Origin: Blastocladiella emersonii ATCC 22665
Taxonomy: Eukaryota > Fungi > Blastocladiomycota
NCBI GenBank assembly: GCA_025594325.1
Contig: JANHCV010000006.1
Location: 1,488,001-1,552,000, forward strand
Length of the DNA stretch: 64,000 nt
Direction of reading: 5' to 3'
The position numbers and the translations under genes are program-made. Positions 31,301-42,846 of the stretch are shown here, in pieces. Each line of letters opens with the position of its first letter. Position 1 is the stretch's first letter. The notes beneath the pieces are model-generated. The model made no database searches, had not been told where the DNA came from, and saw nothing but the letters and a program-made list of their open reading frames with translations.

Positions 31301-34300
31301 GTACCCGGCCGTCGCTCAAGGAGCTGACGGACCTCGCCGCCTCCGCCGACAAGCTGCCCGTCCCCGTCGACGAGGCCGCCCAGCTCAAGGCCCACGTCGC
31401 CGCGTGCACCGCGTGGATCGACAACGTCAACAGCGTGCTCGGCGTCACCGCCAAGACCCAGGCCGCCGCTGCCGCTGCTGCTGCCGCGGCGAGTGCCGCG
31501 GCCACCGGCGGCGCCCCGCCCGCGAAAAAGGCCAAAATGTCCAAGAAGGCCGCGGCTGCTGCCGCCGCCACCGCCGCCGCGGCAGCTGCAGCGGCTGCGG
31601 CGGCCGTCGCCGCGATCCCGCCCCCGCCCAAGCGCACGCTCGACGAGATCCGCGCCATGCTCGCCGAGGGCGACCAGCTGTTCATCGACGTGCCCGAGCT
31701 CGACGCCCTGCGCGACACGCTCGCGACCGCCGAGACCCTCGCCGCGCGCGTCGCCGCTGTCGTCCACCGCGGGCTCACGCCCGACCTCACCCCCGAGACG
31801 TGCCAGGAGCTGCTCGGTGCCGCCGCCAAGCTCGACGTGATCATCCCCGACGTGGCCGCCGTCGAGCACCTCGCCAAGCGCGTCGACTGGCGCCGCCGCG
31901 CCAACACGCTCGACCTGTCCAACGGCAAGATCATGGCCTCGCTCCTCGAGGAGGCCGCCGCGCTCGGGATCGACGCGTCCGGCGACGACGTGTACGCGAC
32001 GCTCCGCGACCGCCGGTCCCACGGCGAGTCGTGGAATAACCGCGCCGCGGCGGTGCTCGCATCGGATCAGGTGGATACCGAGGGTACGATTGTCGCGTTG
32101 TGATTCGCGGAGACCGCTGGCTGACTCTCGCATCGTCCCGCGATCGCGCGTGTAGAGCTCAACTTCCTCGCGTCGACGGCCAACGACGCGCCCGTCAACG
32201 CTGGCCTGCGCGACCGCATCCTCGCGCTGCACAGCAAGCTGCGCACGTGGAACACGGCGGCGCACGCGCTGTTCGAGTCGTTCCGGCACTCGCTCAACGG
32301 GACCATGCCCGCGGGCGCCAAGCGGCCGTCGTCGACGGAGCTGCGCGACGTGCTCGCCCAGGTCCAGGGCGTACCCGTGGCCGAGCCCGACATGCTCGAC
32401 ATGCTCACGACCGAGATGCGGCGCATCGACCAGTGGGCGATGCGGGCCAAGAAGCTGTTCGTGAAACCCAACACGCCCAAGACGCTCGAGATGGTGCTCA
32501 ACGACGCGTACGGCGCGTTCCAGGTCGTGTGCGACGTCGAGAACGACGTGTACGTCGACATGGACGACCCGAACCGCCGCCTGTACTGCTACTGCCGCAC
32601 GCCCGACTCCGGGTACATGCTCGGGTGCGAGGTCTGCGGCGAGTTCTACCACTGCCCGTGCCTCAAGCTCACCAAGCGCGAGGCCAAGAAAATCACGTAC
32701 GTGTGCGGCGTGTGCGACCTCAACCAGCAGGTGCCGCGGCGCATCGCGCTCCGGCCCGAGCTGCAGCAGCTCATCGACATTGTCGACGAGGGCCACCAGA
32801 TGCCCTTCGTCCCGCCCGAGCTGTACCTCCTCGACCTGATCCTCGGCCCGATCCGGTCCCTGCAGCAGGCGATTCAGCAGTTCCTGTCCAAGGGCCAGTT
32901 CCACCGCACCGACGTGCCCGTCGTCAAGTTCTACCTGCGCAAGGCCGAGGGGTGCGACGTGGCGATCCCGGAGATCATCAAGCTGCGCGAGCTCGTCGAC
33001 ACGTACGCCCGGTACACGACGTCGGACGAGCGGTACTGCCTGTGCCAGAAGCCCGCCACGCCGCTCGTGTCCATGGTCGCGTGCGACTCGTGCGACGACT
33101 GGTTCCACTTCCCGTGCGTCAAGGTCACGGCCAAGGACATGCGCGCCGCCGAGGGGTACACGTGCCCGCTGTGCTCGTACAAGCAGTCGCTCCCCTACCC
33201 GTTCGGCACCATCGAGATCCCGACCACGTACCCGCCCTTCGTCCAGTACGTGCTCGCGTCCCGCGCCGCGGCGGCGGCGGCGTCCGCCACCAACAACGAG
33301 CGGCCCGCCACCGCCACCGGCCGCAAGCGCCGCAAGAACGAGACGGCCGCCACTGCGCCCGAGCTCACGCCCAGCATGTACGAGGACATCAAGCCCGTCG
33401 CCACGCTCACGGCCGCCACCGCCGGGATCGCCGGCACCGGGTCCGCGTACGTCGGCATCTACTCGCGCAACGGGTCCGCCGGCGACCCGTACTCGGCGTA
33501 CGCCGACGACGGCACCGGCGTCATGGTCGACACGACCTCGCAGTCGACGGCCGGCGCGGGCGCGGCGGCTTCGGCTCCCGCTGACGATGCGGATGCCGCT
33601 GCTGCCGCCGCTGCTGCTGCCGCCGCTGCTGCAGGCGCGCCCGCCGACCCGACGGCGCCGCCGCCCGCCAAGAAGCGCAAGTACGTGCGCAAGCCCAAGG
33701 CGCCCAAGGCGCCCGCCGCTGGGTCCGGCTCGCCCGGCCGCAACGACCCGCTCCAGCTCATGGCCTCGGGCGAGCTCCCCACCGGCGCCGGGCTCACCGA
33801 GGACGAGATGGCGCAGCACCACCAGCAGCAGCAGCGCGCCAACAACAACAACGGCGGGCGGCAGCAGCCGCCCATGTCGCCCACGGCCGGCGTGTTCGGC
33901 AACTCGTTCGCGCCCATGTCGCCCAACTCGGCGCAGTTCGCGCTCGTCACGTCGCCGCTGCGGTCGCCGTCCAGCAGCGCCCTGCACGCGCTGTCCGAGG
34001 CCGCGGCGGGCGGCCGCCAGGGCCCCGCGGCCGGCGAGTTCTTCCCGGCGTTCCCCGGTGGGCCCGACGACCTGCAGTCCCAGTTCCACGCGCACCAGCA
34101 GCAGCTCATGCCCGACGGGTCCGTCAACCCCGAGGAGTTTGCCATGTTTGCCGCGATTGGCGCCGCTGCCGCCGCGCAGGGCGCAGGCGCACCCGCGTCC
34201 CAGCAGCCCCAGCAGCAGCAGGAGCAGGCCGGCGGCGTCGCCCTCACGGCGTCCGGCAAGCCCAAGAAGCCGCGCAAACCCGCGGCACCCCGCGCGCCCA

Positions 34301-35553
34301 AGGAGCCCAAGCCGCCCAAGCCGCCCAAGGAGCCGAAACCGCTCAAGGAGCCCAAGCCGCCCAAGGAGCGCAAGGCGCCCGCCAAGCGCGCCAAGAAGAA
34401 CGCCGACCCCGCCGATCCCACGGCCAAGATCGGCGAGATGGCCATGGGCGGCCTCGCGTCGGGCGCCGTGACGCCCGTCGGCGGCGGCGCCGAGTCGTCG
34501 CCGCACTACCACCACTCGGACCCCGACTTTGGCTCGAGCGCCGCGCCCGGCGGCGAGTACGACGCCGGCAACTCGACCGTCGCTGCTGTCGCTGCTGCGG
34601 CCGCCGCGGCGAGTGGCGCCATCATGGACCCGACCACGGGCCAGCCGTTCGCGTACGTGCCCGTGCCCAAGTCGACGCGCGGGCGCGGCGGCAAGGCGGC
34701 GGCGGGCCGCGAGCGGCGCGCCAACAAGTCGTCGCCGATTGACCGGCGCAACTACCATAAGAAGGACCAGGTGGTCGCGGGCGGGCAGCAGCAGCACCTC
34801 GGGCCCGAGCTCGATCCGGCGACCATCACGCTCGCGCACACGGTGCACAACGTGTACCAGAACGTGCTCGCGCCGGCCGGCGGACGGGTCGGGCCCGACG
34901 GCAAGCCGACGGGCGAGCTCGACCCGGCGTCGGCCAGCTTCGCGTCCAACCTCGCCAACGTGTACCAGAACGTGCTCGGCCCCGCGCCCCCGCTCACGTA
35001 CCCGCCCATGGGCGTCCCGAGCATGTACGGCGCGCCGCCGTTCCCGTTCGGCGGTGGGTACTACCCGCCCTACTACGCGCCGCCGCACTCGCACCCGCCG
35101 CCGCCCCCACCGGCGCCGACGTCGTCCGCGGCGCAGCCCGACTCGCAGCAGCAGCAGCACCATCACCACCACCCGGCAGCCAGCGCGGCCGGCCACCCGC
35201 CGCCGCCACCGCCCACGGGGTACGCGCCGTGGCCGCCCGCACCCGGCCACGGCCCGTTCGGGTCGCCCTTCTTCCCATACGGCTCGCCCTACGGCGCGCC
35301 CCCGCTCGCCGGCCCGCCCCAGCACCTCCCGCCGCCGCCACAGCAGCCGCACGCGGCGATCCCAACGGGCGCGCCTGCTCCCGCGGCCCCCGCGGCGCCG
35401 TTCATGAGCGCACCCGAGGCGCCGCCCAGCGCAGCACCCACGCCCGCGGCGGTCCCGCTCGAGCCCGCTGCCCTCCCTGCTGCGCCAGCACCCGCACCAG
35501 CGGCCGAGGCGCCAGCGCCGCCGGCCGCGCCTGAAGCGCCTACGAGCGAGTGA
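28400..35553 (+). CDS. KDM5/JARID1/Lid-type H3K4 demethylase (JmjN-ARID-PHD-JmjC-C5HC2-PLU1-PHD-PHD)
   Basis: Introns 28730-28791 and 32084-32155. JmjN ([17 protein letters not shown]...GICKIVPP), ARID ([15 protein letters not shown]), intact Fe ligands (WHAEDH, AYHGG), three PHD fingers and a long low-complexity tail. Confidence 0.95.
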
Positions 35554-36939
35554 GCGAACTGACGTGTGCGGGCCCGACCCGCTACCCTGCCGTGTCGTAT
35601 CTATTCCCTGCGTGTTGCGAGACGCGCAGTCTCTCCCACCCCCGTTTTTGTCTTTGATTATTTGATGTCCTGTTCTCGATTTCACGCTCGCTGCTCTTGA
35701 TGGTTTGAGGCAAGTCGTGACGCGTCGGTCATTCGCACGTGCGCGTGTACCGCGCGTGAAACGCACCGTGGCGTCGGTCGAGTCCACTCGCGAGGCGCCG
35801 CGCGGTCCTGGCCGAGCACATGAGTCGTTGCGGTGATTGAGTGTCTGGACTGCGACGCGCTCACGATGGCGTAGCGAGAGGAGGAGCTCGCGGTCGCCGC
35901 TGCCGACCTCGTTGTGGTGCAAGCGCGTCATGGCGAGCAAGACGAGCGCCATACGAGCACAGCTGGTCCGACGACGGCGCGGGCCGGCGGCGAAGCATGC
36001 ACTGAGAGATCGACACGCGGACACGCTGCGCAATGTACGTTTCTGTATGAAGGGCGACCAAGGTCAGCGCCACGAACGAGCTGCAGCAGGGTGATGTTCA
36101 GCCGTTCGCGGGCCGAGAAGAACCGCTACGGTGGCGAGAGCAGGGTGCCGATCGACGCAGCAACGAAGGTGCTCGGTGCAACCTCGTCCATGACCACGGG
36201 CCGCACATGGTCGGTGGTCGTGACGCGCGGCTTGATTGCTAGAATGATCCCGAATTCGAGGCCTCTATACACCCCCGATTATTGTCGCAACCAAGTCGCA
36301 CAAGCCGGTGCACACACGATCGCGCCGCCAGTATCCCGGTACCCGGTATCCACGCAATCGCGATACCGGCGGGAGGGAGCCGCGGACGCGTGAGATGTGG
36401 GAACGGGCCGAGGGGTCGGCTGAGCCCTCGGGACCGGCGAGAATCGAGAATCTCTGCGAGTAAACCCCGATTGCGACCGCCCGACGTGGGCCGCCCCGAC
36501 GTTTTCCCTCGGTCGGTTCTCGGACGCGATCGGGCACGTCCCTGCTCAACCCCGATTACGATGCGCAGGACTGCGCTGGGGAAAATTCACGAAAGGGCGC
36601 CGAGCCGCCCACCCGAGGCGAAACGACGAGGGCCGGGCGGGTGGAGGAGCGCCGCGCTGCAACGCCCTCCCCCGCGGTTGTCCGCGAACGTCCTTGGCCG
36701 CGGCCGCCACAGCTCCGCCGCAACCACAAAAGCGGGCGGCGCCCCTTGCTTCCAGCTCTTCGGACGCGCCTTGCCGCCACGTCTCGACCGCGACCGCGAC
36801 CGCCGGCTCAGCTTCAGCCCTCGCTCGCACGTCGCACACTCAGTTGTACGGGCCTCCTCACGCTGGTTTCCTGTTCTCGGGCCAGGAATCTAACACGGCC
36901 ACGACCTGCTTTAGTCGACTGCTTCTCTCTCTCACAACC

Positions 36940-38364
36940 ATGGCCCGGCCACCACACGCAACACCCAACTGGATCGCCGTGCGCGCAGGACCGGCCGACG
37001 GCTGGACTGCCTCGGGCCGGCTCCCCGAACCCGCGGGTCGCAGGGTCGGCGGGCTCGCGCCCCACCAGCTCACACTGCCGCCGCTCCCGTCGCCGGCGCT
37101 GCGCGCCATGTTGGAGGCCAAGGCGCAGGTCCCCGTCACGTTGGGTCCGGCGCGCGCGAACCCGCGCGCTCGCTGCGCCGCGTCTACCGCAGCCGCACAT
37201 GCTCGGCTGCATCACGGCGCGGTGGTACATGAGCCCGCGGCCGGCCCTGGCCCAGATCGCCGACTCGACGGCGGCAGCGCAACGCGTGCGCTCTCGATCA
37301 CGACCATGCAGCCGGGCGCGGACACGGCCGATCGGTCCTACCAAGCGACTCAGCTGCCGCTGCCGCGGCCGCCACTGCCGCCGCCGCCGCCGTCGACGAG
37401 CACGAGCGCGCGTTCGCGCGCCTTCTGCGACGGCGCAGCACGTGGCGCACCGCGTCGGTCGCATCACTACGCGCCGCCACCCCCTGTCGCGCCCGAAACG
37501 AAGGCGGCTATCGCCCCGCCACCCGTCCTCACCAACCACTCGGCCGCCGCTGTCGCCGTGCCTGCTGGACGGGCTCATGCAGCACCCACCGTGGAAGCCG
37601 GCGCGGTACACGACTGGCTCGCGGGCGGGGCGGCGCGCGTGGGGCGCAGCGTGGGCTCCCGGCTGGCCGCGCGCGACCCCGATCACACGGCCACGTGCGC
37701 GTATCCGGTGCCTGCGGACACGCGCCGCGCCCGCCGCCGCGACCACTTCCCCGCGGCCCCGATCATCGCCCCACCGAGCCCCGCCGGCTCCGACCTCCAC
37801 CCCACCTTTCGTCAGCACACGACCGCCGTCGATGCCGCGCGCCCGCGCGCGTGGCACTTCCCGACCCCGCCCTCGAGCGAGGACGGCACGTCGAGCCGCG
37901 GGTTCTCGCCGCTGACGCCGCCATACGTGCAGCCTGCCCCGCTGCTCGCGTCGCGCTGGGCTGTTCGGCAGCTCCATGGTGCTCAGCGCGCGTCGAGCCA
38001 GCAGCAGCGGCCGCCGGCCCAGCGCGCGGCCTTCGCGTTCGTGACCGCGGCCCGCACCGTCTCGCCAGCGCAGCGGCCCACGGCCGCCGTTCGCGGCGCC
38101 TACGTGTTCTCAACCCCCGCCACCATGCTCGCCACGACTCGGGCAAGGGACGCGCGGTCGGACCTCCGAGCCGCGTCGCACCGCTGCCGCCAGCGCGTTC
38201 GGCCGCACCCGTACGCAGGCTCGGGCGACGGGCGGGCCTTCGTCTTCACGCTCCCCATCGCCGCCCGTGGTGCCGCCTCGACTTGGCGCGCGCCGCAGTT
38301 CGCCGCTGCCGCGTTCGAGTTCACGACGACGGCGGCGGCAGCGAGGCCAACCCGTTCCTATTGA
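36940..38364 (+). CDS. Hypothetical Pro/Ala-rich disordered protein with repeated A[FY]xF[TS] motifs
   Basis: Long ORF with host-like start context (CAACCATGG at 36940), followed by an AT-richer 3' region. No recognisable domain. Confidence 0.55.
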   Translation: MARPPHATPNWIAVRAGPADGWTASGRLPEPAGRRVGGLAPHQLTLPPLPSPALRAMLEAKAQVPVTLGPARANPRARCAASTAAAHARLHHGAVVHEPAAGPGPDRRLDGGSATRALSITTMQPGADTADRSYQATQLPLPRPPLPPPPPSTSTSARSRAFCDGAARGAPRRSHHYAPPPPVAPETKAAIAPPPVLTNHSAAAVAVPAGRAHAAPTVEAGAVHDWLAGGAARVGRSVGSRLAARDPDHTATCAYPVPADTRRARRRDHFPAAPIIAPPSPAGSDLHPTFRQHTTAVDAARPRAWHFPTPPSSEDGTSSRGFSPLTPPYVQPAPLLASRWAVRQLHGAQRASSQQQRPPAQRAAFAFVTAARTVSPAQRPTAAVRGAYVFSTPATMLATTRARDARSDLRAASHRCRQRVRPHPYAGSGDGRAFVFTLPIAARGAASTWRAPQFAAAAFEFTTTAAAARPTRSY

Positions 38365-38597
38365 CCATACATATAACCGTTATACCTTGTGCCCGATGCG
38401 ACCTTCTATCATAGCGCAACGCGCGTTGCGTAGCGGCGAGAAGCGGGGGAAAGGAAGCGGCCGCGACGCGTCCCGTTAGACGTGAGACGAGGGTCACGGC
38501 CATGGCCACCGTGCGCTGCACGCGCGTTCGTGGACCATCATCTCTCACTTCGCGACCGCGAGGAGCTATGGCTAGGCAATCTTCCAAGCGCAACGAC

Positions 38598-38637
<40 letters not shown>

Positions 38638-38638
38638 A
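38598..38638. repeat. Heptanucleotide tandem repeat (GAGAGCG)x5 plus a partial unit, in the SMC6 3' region
   Basis: Directly visible. Confidence 0.95.
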
Positions 38639-38720
38639 GCACATAATACATGATAAACGAACGACGATCGGTAGGGTGATACATACTCGGTCCCCGCGCC
38701 GCGCCACACCGCGGCGGCGC

Positions 38721-41700
38721 TCACACCACGTTGTTGCGCTGCGGCGGCGGGAGGATACAGACGCGGACGTCGGGGTCGTTTTCGCTGCCAATGTTGGAAA
38801 TCGACAGCGGCGTGATGAAGACGAACTGCGACTCGGACGTCTTGGCCGCGCCCATGAGCAGCTGCATCGCCATGCGCCGGTTGACCTCGTCCATGTACAC
38901 GTCGAACTCGTCGAGGCACCGGATCGGCGACGGCATCGCGTCCCACAGCGCGAGCAGGAGGCACACGGTCGAGAACGATTTCTCGCCGCCCGAGTACGTC
39001 CGGATGCTGCGCTCGTGCGGTTTGCTGCCGCCGCTGCCGTCGTCGCCGCCCTTGGTCTTGCGCTTCTTGGCCTTCTTCTTCTTGCTGCCGCCGCCGGTGC
39101 CGTAGTCGTCGTCGTCCTCGTCGTCGTCGTCGGCCTCGGCCGCGTACGCGTCGGCGCCGTACTCCTCGTCCGACATCCCGTGGCCATGGCCCGACGCGGC
39201 AGCCGCGGCGGCGGCGGCCTTGGACTCCTCGACGTGCGCGTTGACCTTGAGCGTCTTGTTGCCGTGGTCGAAGATGAGCTCGCCGAGGTACCCGCGCTTG
39301 GCCATGCGCTTGCGGAAGTTGAGGCTGGCGACGTTGGAGATGTGGTTCTTGAGCTGGGTGAACCGGGTGGCGCGGTCGTTGAGCGACCGCTTGAGCGTGG
39401 TGAGCACCTCGCCGAGCTTGACCTGCTCGGCCTTCGCCGTGTCGTAGACGGCCTTGGCGTCGAGATACTCCTTCTCGGCGCGCCCAAAGTCGAGGTGCCC
39501 GTACCGCTGCTGGACCGTCGCGGCCATGGTCTGGATGCGCCGCTTCTCCTGGTCGAGCTCCTCCTTGGACCGGATCTGCGCGGGCCGCGCCGTGCCCATC
39601 TCGACGACGGCCTGGTCGATGATGACCTGCTGCTCCTCGCGCTGCGCGACGTGCTCGGCGCGGCGCTGCGCGTACTCTTCAATCTTGGACCGGTAGTGCA
39701 GCTCGTAGTTGTGGAACCGCTGCACCATGGTGCGCTGCTCGTTGCACTTGGCCGCGCGCGACTGCATGTTGGCGCGGATCGTGTGCTGGAGCTCGCGCGC
39801 CTCGTCGAGCCGCTGCTGGACCACGGTGACCGCCGCGGCGGTGCGCTGCACCTCCTCCTGCGCCATGGGCTTCTGCGCCTCGAGCATGTCGACGCGCGCC
39901 GCCTGCTCGCGCTCCTCGGTCTCAATCGTCGACACCTCGGTCGGCACAATCTCCTCGAGCTGCGTCGCGATGGCGTTGAGCCGGCTGGTCATGCGCCCGC
40001 GCGTGGGCCGGAACGTGCGCTGCTCGCGCTCGAGCTCGGCGAGCGACCCCTGCAGCTGCTGCAGCTCGGTGCGCGCCTGCTGGCGCGCCGCGTCGGTGGT
40101 GGGGAGCTTGGCGCGGGCCGCGTCGAGCTCGGCGCGGACGGCCTCGGGGTCCTCGTCGCCCGTGAGCCCGAACGGGCAGTTGCGGCCGCGCGCCCACCGC
40201 ACGGGCGCCTGGATCGCGAGCATGCCCGACCGCGAGCCGATCTGGTGGCCCGACGGGATGTAGACGGCCGAGACGTTGGGCGGGAACCCGTTGGCGGTCT
40301 CGCGCTCGGCGTCGCGGCGGCTGGCAATGAGGATGCGCGACTCGATGTTGTTGGTGACGCACAGCATGCGCTCGACGGCCGGGTGCGTGATCTCGAGCGT
40401 GTCGCGGACCGTCAGGTAGTCCGAGTTGGGCAGGTGCCCGCGCAGGTCCATGGGCTGCTCGATGTCGTGCACCTTGACGATGCGGCAGGGCAGCCGGTGC
40501 TGCTGGATGAGCGTCGAGAGCGTGCGGCGGTCCTGGTGGTCCGTGACGATGAAGTCGTGCAGCGGGTTGCCGACGAGCGCGCGCAGGACGTGGATCCACT
40601 GGTCCATGTACTGGCGCTTGGGCTTCACGTACAGGCCGGCGGGCCCGACGGGCTTGGCGCCGCGCCATGGCGTGCGGTCGATGACGGCGAGCAGGCGGTC
40701 CATGGAGTGGCCCCACGTGTTGACGCGGTTGCGGCGCGTGGCCTCGATGTTCTCGAGCGTGCGCGAGAGCCGGCTGATCTCGCTCTCGGTCTGCTGGTGC
40801 GCGCGGTTGGCGGCCGTGACCTGCTCGTTGGCGGGGCCGGTGCGCTCGCGGATGCGGGCGATCTCGGTGGTGAGCCAGGCCTCGCGGGCGTCGAGCTCGG
40901 CGATCTGGGTCGTGAGCTGGTCGCGCTCGGCGGCGAGCTGGCGGCGCTGCTCCTCGCCGGGGCCCGAGTTGGCGCGGTCGATGCGCTCGCGCTCGGTGCG
41001 GATCTCGCCGAGCTCGATCTTGGCGTTGCGCAGGTCCTCCTCGAGCGAGCGCAGCTGCGCCGAGGCGTTGCGGTGGGTGGTCATGGCGGCGCCGAGCTCG
41101 GTCTGGAGCGCGTTGAGGTCGGCCGGGGTGAGGCCAATGTCGGTCTCAAACTCGAGCACGCGCAGGTTCTCCTCGGCCTCGGCCTTCTGGTCGGCCATGG
41201 ACTGGGCCTCGCGCGTGGCCTCCTCGATCTTGGCGTCCTGGGCGGCAATCTCGCGGTTGAGCTGCTCGACGACGTGCTCCATCTTGAGGATGTTGAGCCA
41301 GTCGAGCTCGCGGTCGAGGACGGCAAGGTGGCGCAGGTTGATGATGGCGGCCTCGATCTCCCTTGCGCGCTGCTTGGCTTCCATGCGCTTGTTCTTGAGG
41401 GTGGTGAGCGAGTCGTTGATGTTGTTGAGCGAGGTGACGCAGTCGGTGATCTTCTCGCTGAGCTCGGCGAGGTTCTTTTCGGTCTGGATGATATCGGCAC
41501 CGCGGGCAAAGAACTCGTAAAGCGACGTGTCCTTGACGTTCATGAGGAACTCCTTTGCGGCGTCCTGGGTGAGCCAGGTGAGCGAGTTGTCGACCTGGAT
41601 GTTGAAGTGGTCGAGGATGGAGACGAGGTCGCGCTTGTTGTGCGACACGACGCGGGCGTGGGTGTCCTTGATGGTGTAGGTGCCTCCGCCGGTGCGGTTG

Positions 41701-42346
41701 ATGCGGCGGCAGATCTGGATCTCGTCGCCAAAGATCTCGGGGCGGTACGCGTCCTGGCCGGCGTTGCACAGCTTGACGGTGATGGAGCAGTACGACTTGC
41801 CGTCCTGGATCAGGTTCGACAGCTTCTGGCCGCGGCCCGTGTTGTTGGCGCGCGCGCCGAGCGCGATCATGATGGACGCGAGCACGGCCGACTTGCCGGA
41901 CCCGTCTAGACGGGTGCGCGGGGACGCGGGGGTCAGCGTGGATCCATGGAGCGACGCGAGAGCGCGTACTCTGGCCGTTGAGGAAGTTGACCTTGGGTCC
42001 GAGCGGGACCTCGAGGTTGGAGTGGGTCAGGAAGTTGAGCAGCACGACCTCCTTGATGACGCCGGCAGGGACCTCAGGTCCGTCGTGGTTGCCGTTGGCC
42101 TGCGACTGCGACTGCGACTGCGAGGCAGCCGTCTGGCCGCGGCGGCGGCGGCGAACGGTGCCAACCTCGGGCGTGCTCGAGGTGCTGCCGCGCTGCGAGC
42201 CGCGCTACACGTCGGGGTTGCTCGCGTCAGCATGGCAGCGACGGGATGCATGCGGGCGCCCGACGACGTGCCGTCTGGGCCTCGAGTTCGGAGCCGTCAT
42301 CCGTCTGGGTGCGGCGGCGCACGCGCGGATTCGATTCGGACGACAT
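38721..42346 (-). CDS. SMC6: Structural maintenance of chromosomes protein 6
   Basis: Walker A GQNGSGKS rebuilt across the 64-nt intron 41969..41906; GARANNTGRG, SGGEKSFSTVCLLLALW and CLDEFDVYMDEVNR are Smc6-type. The first intron ends at 42205; its donor is 42271 (GC) or 42322 (GT). Confidence 0.93.
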
Positions 42347-42846
42347 GACGTTGGTGGCGGTCGGTGGTTGGCGGTGTCGGGAGCGAGCGTCCGCGATGGC
42401 GCTGGCGCGCGGGGTGGAGCGAGCGAGGTATGACTCGACGAATTGGCCGTTGCGCGTTCGGCTCCCTTCTCGGCCGTTCACTATTTCGTCGCTGCGACGA
42501 TCACCGCTCGAGATGGGGGTCGCCGGAGAGCGGGAGCTGAGCCGGGCGCGATGCACCGAGAGGCAGGGGAGCTCGATTCGTTGCGTGATGCGTGGAGGCG
42601 TCGACGGCAGAGCAGGGGGAGCCGGGCAGCGGGCGAAACCAGGGGCCGCACGATCAGGCGCCAGTCACGAGCGCGAAACCCGCCTTCCTCGGTTGGCCGC
42701 TCGCGCTTTTTCAGCTGCCGAGCTCGCCACGTCGCCGCCGCCGAGTCGGCCAACGCCACGCTCGGCCTCCGCGCTCCCTCCCTTCTCTTCTCTCCCTTGC
42801 TCGAGAGCGCGACGTCGCCCGATCGCCCTCACCCCCACGCACTGCA

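Noticed and set aside
28786-36033. 2415-aa ORF on the minus strand
   Set aside because: Antisense shadow of KDM5: strong C/G third-position bias removes stops in the reverse frame. The translation is Arg/Gly/Val-rich with no domain.
35600-36690. Short ORFs in the approx. 1-kb intergenic gaps (also 47340-48200 and 55600-56600)
   Set aside because: No host codon bias, domains or consistent splice structure; treated as intergenic.
38502-41909. 1135-aa plus-strand ORF, and similar long antisense or off-frame ORFs over ECM29, ADE5,7, CYT1, DUF4436 and NRD1
   Set aside because: Same GC-driven shadow effect; each overlaps a clearly identified gene.
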